32,000 nucleotides of DNA from contig CAZSHG010000002.1 in assembly GCA_964606695.1 (NCBI GenBank), forward strand, positions 102,507-134,506, given 5' to 3'. Source of the DNA: an uncultured bacterium. GTDB taxonomy: Bacteria > UBP14 > UBA6098. The notes beneath the pieces were generated by a model. That model was given only the letters and a program-made list of their open reading frames with translations. It had not been told where the DNA came from and made no database searches. The translations under genes were made by a program, and so were the position numbers. Positions 25,748 through 32,000 of the stretch are shown in pieces. Each line of letters starts with the position of its first letter. Positions within the stretch are counted from its first letter, which is position 1.

Positions 25748-26263
25748 ATGTTTGAAAGAATATCAAAATACTCGATTTTAGTCTTACTTGCGTTCGCGGT
25801 TTTTGCCGAATCGTCCCCGGATTGGGAGTGGCTCGATTTTGGGGAGGCCTACCCCCTGGCAATCGAACAGGACAAACACCTCGTGATCAATTTCTACTCC
25901 ACGGGTTGTTTCTGGTGTCGAAAAATGGATAAAGATACTTTCGCCGATACCGCGGTCGTTAATCGTCTCGAATCTGGATTTGTCGGTGCTAAAGTGAATA
26001 TCGGTTCGAATCGTAAAGTCGAATGGCAGGGGCAATCGATTACGGAACATAATCTGGCGCGTCAATTCGGCGTTCGCGGAACGCCTTTCACCGCCTTCGT
26101 CGATACGACCGGCAAGATAGTGGGCTCGGTACCGGGACATATTCCGCCCTTGAGCTTTCTGCCTATGCTTAAATACGTCGAAGGTAGCTGGTATAACGAA
26201 CTCACTTTCCAGGAGTTTCTCGCCAGCGAAGAAGCGTTGAAAAAACTACAAAGCAACCCTTGA
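25748..26263 (+). CDS. Secreted thioredoxin-fold protein (CxxC: CFWC)
   Basis: LVINFYSTGCFWCRKMDKDTFADTAVVNRLESGFVGAKVNI...FGVRGTPFTAFVDTTGKIVGSVPG, typical periplasmic thioredoxin-like. Confidence 0.85.
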   Translation: MFERISKYSILVLLAFAVFAESSPDWEWLDFGEAYPLAIEQDKHLVINFYSTGCFWCRKMDKDTFADTAVVNRLESGFVGAKVNIGSNRKVEWQGQSITEHNLARQFGVRGTPFTAFVDTTGKIVGSVPGHIPPLSFLPMLKYVEGSWYNELTFQEFLASEEALKKLQSNP

Positions 26264-27960
26264 AAATGAGAGATTCCTACTATTCTTTTACCGCCTTGAG
26301 GGGCGGTTTTGTGTTTTTATTCTGCACATTTTGTGCGACACTTCCGGGGCAAGTTATCCTGACCGAGATAATGAACAATCCCGCGGGTGGGGAGACTTCG
26401 ATTCCCGGAGGCGATTCGAACGAGTTTATCGAGGTTTATAACGCCGGTTCCGACAGTGTCGATTTGACCGACTGGTCTTTCAGCGACGGCGACTCGGACG
26501 ACGACCTCGCCGTTGCGGAAGGTATCCTCTCCCCCCTTCCCGACGATCCTGATGGGATTTATAATTCGTTAATCCTCCCGCCGGGCGGATTCGCGTTGAT
26601 ACTCGACCCGGAATATACCGACCCGGCCAACGACCAACCTTACAATTGGCCGGAGGGGACTCTTATTCTTACGATAGCATCTACCAGCGATCTGGGCGGT
26701 TCGAGACTTGCTACTACCGATCCTATCACGCTTTTCGATAACAGCGGATCGCCCGTGGATTCATTCCCGGATCCTTTCGATCCCGGAGACGGTATAAGCG
26801 CCGAGAGGACGTCGATCGAAGGATCGGGATGGGAAGACTGCAATTCGCCCTCGGGAAACACCGCCGGGGCGAGGAATTCCCATTGGCCTTACAGTAACGA
26901 TTTATCTCTGGACTCTCTCACCACGCCGGAAAATCCAGCCACCGAAACTCCGGTAACGGTTTACGCCCATATATCGAACGCGGGAGAAAACCCGGTATCA
27001 GGTGCGGTTATCGAGTTATACGACAGCCCGGATACGATAGTATCTCATCTTCTCGGTTCCGAGGATTTAATTGAAATTCCCGTGGGCGAAACCCGCGTTA
27101 TAGAATTTTCGGTGAACCTGGTTGAAGGATCATACGAGCTTTACGGGAAACTATCTAACGACGATAATATTGCGAATAACAGTAATATTCTATCTCTATT
27201 CGTCGGGCCTTCCGGTTGGCCGATTTGTATATCGGAAATAATGTTCATGCCTGTTACAGGCGAGCCTGAATGGATCGAATTGTATAATTGGGGCGAGGAG
27301 GATATCGACTTAACCGGCTGGCAATTCGGCGACGAAGTGGGACTATACGACATCCCTCCATGCACCTTAACCGCCGGCGCTTTTCTGGTCTTAATCGAGG
27401 ATTCTATCATCTTCGCGGACACGCTTTGCGAGGGATCTATTCTAATCCAACCCGAGGGATGGCCGGCGCTGAACAATAGCGGCGACGTCGTGAGATTATA
27501 CGATGACGCCGGTTTGCCACGCCATTCCATTTTATATACCGACGATCAATTCGGAACCTGCATGGACAACGGAATTTCCGCCGAAGCAATCGAGGAGGGT
27601 AGCTCACAGCTTGCCTGCAGTCCTGGCGGAAGAACGCCGGGATGCGAGAACGCAGTTTGGTTTATAACCCCCGGAACTGCCAGTATCTATGCCGAACCGA
27701 ACCCTTTCGACCCGACTATCGAGCGGACCACGGTCTATTTCGAGCTTCCCTCCGGTGGGATCGAGGTTTACGTTTACGACCGTATGGGGCGGCGAATAGC
27801 TTCGCTGGCCGATCCAGAACATCCGGTGGGATTGGAACTTCCCTGGGATGGTTGTAATGACGACGGCGAAATATTGCCGTCAGGTATGTATATCCTGTTC
27901 GCTAAAGACGCCGAGGGACATAGCGCAAAATCGGTCGTCGCGCTGGAGGGCGGCAGATGA
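26260..27960 (+). CDS. Secreted lamin-tail-domain (LTD) protein with CARDB-like middle and FlgD/T9SS-like C-terminal domain
   Basis: GQVILTEIMNNPAGG...NEFIEVYNAGSDSVDLTDWSFSDG and ICISEIMFMPVTGEPEWIELYNWGEEDIDLTGWQFGD (two LTD-like copies); C-terminus YAEPNPFDPTIERTTVYFELPSGGIEVYVYDRMGRRIASL...DGEILPSGMYILFAKD. Confidence 0.8.
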   Translation: MKMRDSYYSFTALRGGFVFLFCTFCATLPGQVILTEIMNNPAGGETSIPGGDSNEFIEVYNAGSDSVDLTDWSFSDGDSDDDLAVAEGILSPLPDDPDGIYNSLILPPGGFALILDPEYTDPANDQPYNWPEGTLILTIASTSDLGGSRLATTDPITLFDNSGSPVDSFPDPFDPGDGISAERTSIEGSGWEDCNSPSGNTAGARNSHWPYSNDLSLDSLTTPENPATETPVTVYAHISNAGENPVSGAVIELYDSPDTIVSHLLGSEDLIEIPVGETRVIEFSVNLVEGSYELYGKLSNDDNIANNSNILSLFVGPSGWPICISEIMFMPVTGEPEWIELYNWGEEDIDLTGWQFGDEVGLYDIPPCTLTAGAFLVLIEDSIIFADTLCEGSILIQPEGWPALNNSGDVVRLYDDAGLPRHSILYTDDQFGTCMDNGISAEAIEEGSSQLACSPGGRTPGCENAVWFITPGTASIYAEPNPFDPTIERTTVYFELPSGGIEVYVYDRMGRRIASLADPEHPVGLELPWDGCNDDGEILPSGMYILFAKDAEGHSAKSVVALEGGR

Positions 27961-29204
27961 TCTGGAAGTTACCGGACGATCGCGAATCCGCCGAGCAGGT
28001 TCGCATTGCAATGGAGATTGCGAACACGCTTCTATCTAAAGGTTTCCCAACCTATATCGTCGGCGGGGCTGTTCGAGATTCTCTGCTCGGTATTCCCAAT
28101 TATGACGTGGATATCTGCACCGCGGCGGACGCTGATTCAATATTCAGTTTACTTCCCGACGCCCGCCCGCACGGCCTGGAACGATATTGCGCTTTCAGGC
28201 TCTCTAACAAAGCCGGCGAATTTGAAATCGCGCATTTCCGGTCGGAAAGCGAATGCGACGGACGCCATTGCAAGGTCGAATTAGTTGATAACCTCGACGA
28301 GGATTTGAGCAGACGGGATTTCACGATTAACGCTCTTGCCGTTGCGCCGAATAACCGCGAGATAATCGATAAATTCGGTGGTCTTGCCGACCTATCCGCA
28401 AGGAAAATCAGGGCTATTGGAGATCCTATGCGCAGGTTTACCGAGGACCATTTGAGAATATTACGTGCAATTCGTTTCGCCGCAAAGCTCGATTTTGAAA
28501 TAGAAAAGGAAACGCAACTTGCGATTCAACATGAAGCAAGTAACGTTAAGCTATTATCAAAAGATAGGTTACGTTCGGAATTGGCTTCGATGCTTACCCA
28601 TAGGAACCCCGGAAAAGCGATTACCCTTCTGGACGAATTAGGAATCTGGCGTCACGTCTTCCCGAAGTTGGCCGAATACCCGGAATCGGAATCATGGCGT
28701 GGTAAAATGGCGATGCTATATAAAATGCAACGCAATGGCCTCCCGATTAATATGCTCTGGACGGTTTTGTTCCTTCCCGAACTACCGGCTTATAGGGCCG
28801 ATATCCGCAAGATAACCGATATAATCAAACGTCTCGGTTTCGCTTCACCGGACATGAAGGAAATTATAAGCCTTTGCACTTTAACGAATTACGCCTATCG
28901 CTTTTCCGATTTGAATATCGGTGAAAAAGTAGAGTTAGCGGATTCCGAACATCTACAAAACGTGCGGTTTATCTTCACAAATATCGATCCCTCAAACGAC
29001 TTCGAGACTTTCTTCCACAGGGAATTTCCCAAACTCGGAAACGACCGTTATCTAAAGGGCGATGCTCTGAAAAGGATACTGGAAAACTCTCCCGGCGATT
29101 CAATCAACCCGGCGCTAATGAGGTTGAGATACGCCGAGCTCGCTGGCGAAGTTAATTCCGCCTCCGAAGCGGAAAATTTTCTGGAAAAGCAACTTACCGC
29201 GTAA
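27957..29204 (+). CDS. CCA tRNA nucleotidyltransferase / poly(A) polymerase family protein
   Basis: TYIVGGAVRDSLLGIPNYDVDICTAADADSI...DEDLSRRDFTINALAVAPNNREIIDKFGGLADLSARKIRAIGDPMRRFTEDHLRILRAIRFAAKLDFEIE. Confidence 0.92.
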   Translation: MIWKLPDDRESAEQVRIAMEIANTLLSKGFPTYIVGGAVRDSLLGIPNYDVDICTAADADSIFSLLPDARPHGLERYCAFRLSNKAGEFEIAHFRSESECDGRHCKVELVDNLDEDLSRRDFTINALAVAPNNREIIDKFGGLADLSARKIRAIGDPMRRFTEDHLRILRAIRFAAKLDFEIEKETQLAIQHEASNVKLLSKDRLRSELASMLTHRNPGKAITLLDELGIWRHVFPKLAEYPESESWRGKMAMLYKMQRNGLPINMLWTVLFLPELPAYRADIRKITDIIKRLGFASPDMKEIISLCTLTNYAYRFSDLNIGEKVELADSEHLQNVRFIFTNIDPSNDFETFFHREFPKLGNDRYLKGDALKRILENSPGDSINPALMRLRYAELAGEVNSASEAENFLEKQLTA

Positions 29205-29441
29205 AAATCCGTCGATTAAACTTAAGTCAAATCAACGAATTACGGTCATTATTTAAAAAATCACTGTAGGAAACCCGCGCCAGCAAAATAATCAAGATTT
29301 GGTTAATTTTCATATTCCTGACTTTTTAAAAAATCCTAACACACTGAAATTCAATTAGTTAGACTTTTTTTTACCATCCCGAAAGCGAACATTTGTTCGT
29401 AATCCATTGATATATAAAGAGATATTTTTTTTATTTAAGCC

Positions 29442-29470
29442 TTGACATTAAGTAAAACCTTTTTTATTGT
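29442..29470 (+). promoter_or_regulatory. Sigma70-type promoter of the mraZ/dcw cluster (TTGACA-N17-TATTGT)
   Basis: -35 TTGACA 29442-29447, 17-nt spacer, -10-like TATTGT 29465-29470. Confidence 0.55.
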
Positions 29471-29472
29471 AG

Positions 29473-29516
29473 GTGGTAGAAAGTGGCGAAAATGGGCTTT
29501 TTTTAGAAAAAAGTGG
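29473..29516 (+). promoter_or_regulatory. Putative MraZ autoregulatory box array
   Basis: GTGG at 29473 and 29483, TGGG at 29493, and GTGG at 29513, i.e. 10-bp phasing with one slot empty (GTGGTAGAAAGTGGCGAAAATGGGC...AAAGTGGAG). Confidence 0.6.
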
Positions 29517-29526
29517 AGAATTAATA

Positions 29527-30009
29527 ATGTTTTTTGGACGTTATGAACATAAAGTGGATACAAAGGGGCGCGTTCAGATACCTATAGCTTTGCGTCGCGC
29601 GGACGAGGACAAGATATACAGCAAATTTACGCTTGTCCGCGGTATCGACGGTTGCCTCGCGTTATTTACCAAAGAAGGTTTTGATAGATTTAGGGACGCC
29701 TATATGTCCGGTAATCCCGGAAGGGAAGCGATTGTTAATTTTCAGAGGGATTTCTATTCTCGCATGGTCGAGATCGAACTGGACAGCCAGGGAAGATTGC
29801 TTCTGCCGAGGCTTCAGCGAGAGGAAGTCGGTATAGACGGCAAAGTTTTGTTTTTAGGAGCGGGAGAGTGGATAGAAATCTGGGATACGGATCGTTACGA
29901 GGAATACTCCAGACGTAGCGAGACTTCCTATGATGAAATCGCAAGACATTTCTTCGCGACGCTGGGCAGGAAACAACCAGACCAGAGCGAGAATGTCGGC
30001 GACAGGTAA
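29527..30009 (+). CDS. mraZ: Division/cell wall cluster transcriptional repressor MraZ
   Basis: MFFGRYEHKVDTKGRVQIPIALRRADEDKIYSKFTLVRGIDGCLALFTKEGFDRF...VEIELDSQGRLLLPRLQREEVGIDGKVLFLGAGEWIEIWD; start ATG 29527 rather than the longer track ORF. Confidence 0.95.
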   Translation: MFFGRYEHKVDTKGRVQIPIALRRADEDKIYSKFTLVRGIDGCLALFTKEGFDRFRDAYMSGNPGREAIVNFQRDFYSRMVEIELDSQGRLLLPRLQREEVGIDGKVLFLGAGEWIEIWDTDRYEEYSRRSETSYDEIARHFFATLGRKQPDQSENVGDR

Positions 30010-30922
30010 TTACCATAAACCCGTCCTATGCGACGAAGTCATCGACTTTTTTCTCGACGCGCCCAATGCGGTATTCATCGATGCTACCTTAGGGGACGGC
30101 GGCCACACAGAACAGATATTGAAAAGGATTTCCGATTCCGAAGTTATAGGGATCGATCGAGACAGGGAAGCAATAAAATCGGCGTCCAGAAGGCTCATTG
30201 ATTTTGATAATAGAACCACTTTTTTCCGCGGACGATTCGGGAATATCGAAGAAATCGTAGATAATCACGGCAATCCGGTCGTCGGCGGAGTGCTCTTTGA
30301 TTTAGGTTTAAGAACCGGACAGATCGATGATCCCAAACGGGGATTCAGTTACATCAAAGAAGGTCCTCTCGATATGCGTATGGATCCGGATATCGAGATT
30401 TCCGCTTATGACCTTGTGAATGGACTTCCCCGGGGGGAACTGACGCGCACAATAGCGACTTACGGCGAACAACCCGCCGCTGGACGTATAGCGCGATCGA
30501 TCGATATCGCGAGGCGGAAGAAGCCTATCGAAACGACGCTGGAACTCGCCGAGATAGTCAGGAAATCGCTTTATGGAGCTACAGCGGCGGATTTATCGAG
30601 GGTTTTTCAGGCTTTTCGAATAGTGGTAAACGACGAACTCGAAGAATTGTCCAGCGGATTGGAAGAGGCTTTGAAAGTCCTGATTCGTGGCGGAATCCTT
30701 ATTGCAATAAGTTACCATTCGCTCGAAGACCGTATTGTGAAGAAGTTTATCGCCAACGAGGAAAAAGGCTGTATCTGTCCGCCGGATTTGCCGGTTTGTC
30801 GATGTGGCCACAAACCGAATTTGAAAAGGATTAATAAAAAACCGATTCGGCCATCCGAGGGCGAAACGGTAGATAATCCAAAAGCTCGTTCGGCCAAACT
30901 CAGGGCCGCGAGAAAAATATGA
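29993..30922 (+). CDS. rsmH: 16S rRNA (cytosine(1402)-N(4))-methyltransferase RsmH
   Basis: NYHKPVLCDEVIDFFLDAPNAVFIDATLGDGGHTEQIL...GVLFDLGLRTGQIDDPKRGFSYIKEGPLDMRMD...ISYHSLEDRIVKKF; 17-nt overlap with mraZ. Confidence 0.96.
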   Translation: MSATGNYHKPVLCDEVIDFFLDAPNAVFIDATLGDGGHTEQILKRISDSEVIGIDRDREAIKSASRRLIDFDNRTTFFRGRFGNIEEIVDNHGNPVVGGVLFDLGLRTGQIDDPKRGFSYIKEGPLDMRMDPDIEISAYDLVNGLPRGELTRTIATYGEQPAAGRIARSIDIARRKKPIETTLELAEIVRKSLYGATAADLSRVFQAFRIVVNDELEELSSGLEEALKVLIRGGILIAISYHSLEDRIVKKFIANEEKGCICPPDLPVCRCGHKPNLKRINKKPIRPSEGETVDNPKARSAKLRAARKI

Positions 30923-30942
30923 TATATATTAAGGAGGAGAGA

Positions 30943-31359
30943 ATGAAAGTCAATGTAAGAAGCTTCTTTGCCAGGATCCGTGTCCCGGTTATTCTCGCGG
31001 TGCTTTTTGTTCTCTCCATTATGTTAATCGCCCAGAGGGTCTATATGATAAAGGTTGGCGATAGGATAACTTACCTTCAGAACGAAATCCGATCTTCCGA
31101 AAGCCGTAACGACGAGCTTCAATATGAAATCGGCAGGCTATTGGATACAGAAGAGCTTGCCCAGAAGGCCTGCGACGAGTTCGGACTTCGTTCGGCGAAT
31201 TTTGACGAGATTGTAATCCTAGATGAACCGGTCTCGGAGGTGGTAGCGCCTGGAGCTGGGCCCTGGCAAAAAGTCCGAGTGGCGTTGTCAAACAGTTGGG
31301 AGACAATCATCGCAGGATTACCCGGGGAAGAAAACATTGAAATTAGCGGCTCGATATAG
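30943..31359 (+). CDS. FtsL-like short bitopic membrane protein
   Basis: Position between rsmH and PBP; single TM (VPVILAVLFVLSIMLIAQRVYMI) followed by coiled-coil-like segment; GGAGGAG RBS before ATG 30943. Confidence 0.75.
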   Translation: MKVNVRSFFARIRVPVILAVLFVLSIMLIAQRVYMIKVGDRITYLQNEIRSSESRNDELQYEIGRLLDTEELAQKACDEFGLRSANFDEIVILDEPVSEVVAPGAGPWQKVRVALSNSWETIIAGLPGEENIEISGSI

Positions 31360-31387
31360 TGGCCGCTTTCTTTATGGTGTGATTTAA

Positions 31388-32000
31388 TTGCTCGCTCGAA
31401 AGAACATAGACAGAATTATTATAGTTGGCTTGTTGGGAGCCGCCGTCTGGCTGATACTATTCGGTCGGCTCTTTATGGTTCAGGTATTGTATGCCGACGA
31501 TTATCGCACTCAAGCCGATTATCAACATCAGAAAAAGCACATCATACCGGCAATTCGGGGCGAGATATTCGATAGAAACGGCGTGGCATTGGCCAGAAAC
31601 ACTGTAGCTTATGATATCTGGACTCGTCCCGAAAAAATCGTGGACGTCGAAAAAGTAGATTCGGCGTTTTCGGCGGTATTGGGTTTCCCGGAAGATTCTA
31701 TCGAGAACCTGCTCGAAGGCAAAACGCCGCACAAATTCGTCTTCCTCGCAAGGGACGTAGAATTATCGAGAGCCGAGCAACTCTTACCACTGGAAAAAGA
31801 CAGCGTTATATTCGACGAAGTCCGCGACCGGGTTTATCCACTTGGGAGGACGGCGTCTCAGGTAATCGGTTTCGTCGATCCTGACGGCAGGGGATTGGAA
31901 GGGACGGAATTCAGTTTCGACAGAGAACTTGCCGGAACGAAGGGGGAAGTAATCGTCCTGTCAGACGCTATGGGTAGGGATTACAAAATATTCCAGTATG
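31388..32000 (+). CDS. Penicillin-binding protein (FtsI/PBP2-like), N-terminal part (runs off the right edge)
   Basis: Absent from the ORF track because it is open at the edge; manual translation from TTG 31388: MLARKNIDRIIIVGLLGAAVWLILFGRLFMVQVLYADDYRTQADYQHQKKHIIPAIRGEIFDRNGVALARNTVAYDIWTRPEKI...YPLGRTASQVIGFVDPDGRGLEGTEFSFDRELAG. Confidence 0.9.
   Translation, partial: MLARKNIDRIIIVGLLGAAVWLILFGRLFMVQVLYADDYRTQADYQHQKKHIIPAIRGEIFDRNGVALARNTVAYDIWTRPEKIVDVEKVDSAFSAVLGFPEDSIENLLEGKTPHKFVFLARDVELSRAEQLLPLEKDSVIFDEVRDRVYPLGRTASQVIGFVDPDGRGLEGTEFSFDRELAGTKGEVIVLSDAMGRDYKIFQY

Noticed and set aside
29205-29441. Possible tRNA or small RNA between the CCA enzyme gene and mraZ
   Set aside because: No cloverleaf or stable structure recognised by eye; AT-rich spacer only.

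Overview
The window is mostly an ordinary, gene-dense bacterial chromosome, probably from an FCB-group-like or candidate-phylum organism. That placement is an inference from several proteins ending in T9SS/FlgD-like 'NPFN...YDILGR' C-terminal domains. Core genes recognised are: glyA (partial), rpiB, gpsA, aspS, phoH-family, a MalK/UgpC-type ABC ATPase, ndk, an NAD-dependent epimerase, a CCA/poly(A) nucleotidyltransferase, and the start of a dcw cluster (mraZ-rsmH-ftsL-like-ftsI/PBP, partial). Accessory or unusual content: (1) a compact cytosine-5 methyltransferase plus putative restriction endonuclease pair (16.4-18.5 kb), with an exact 19-bp tandem duplication at the gene junction and a shuffled repeat/terminator array just downstream; (2) a 21-bp (42-bp higher-order) tandem repeat and a non-coding mosaic at 4.9-5.6 kb; (3) a hairpin that would sequester the Shine-Dalgarno of the 487-aa secreted protein; (4) a transglutaminase-like/thioredoxin-like fusion in which the catalytic residues of both folds appear lost; (5) an outer-membrane barrel, PAS histidine kinase and sigma54 response regulator cluster; (6) an mraZ promoter with phased GTGG boxes; (7) sigma54-like -24/-12 matches inside hairpin arms. 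I found no CRISPR array, tRNA, rRNA or transposase. I cannot show that any locus is a genuinely new system. The best follow-up targets are the R-M locus with its flanking repeats, the barrel-kinase-regulator cluster and the degenerate transglutaminase fusion.
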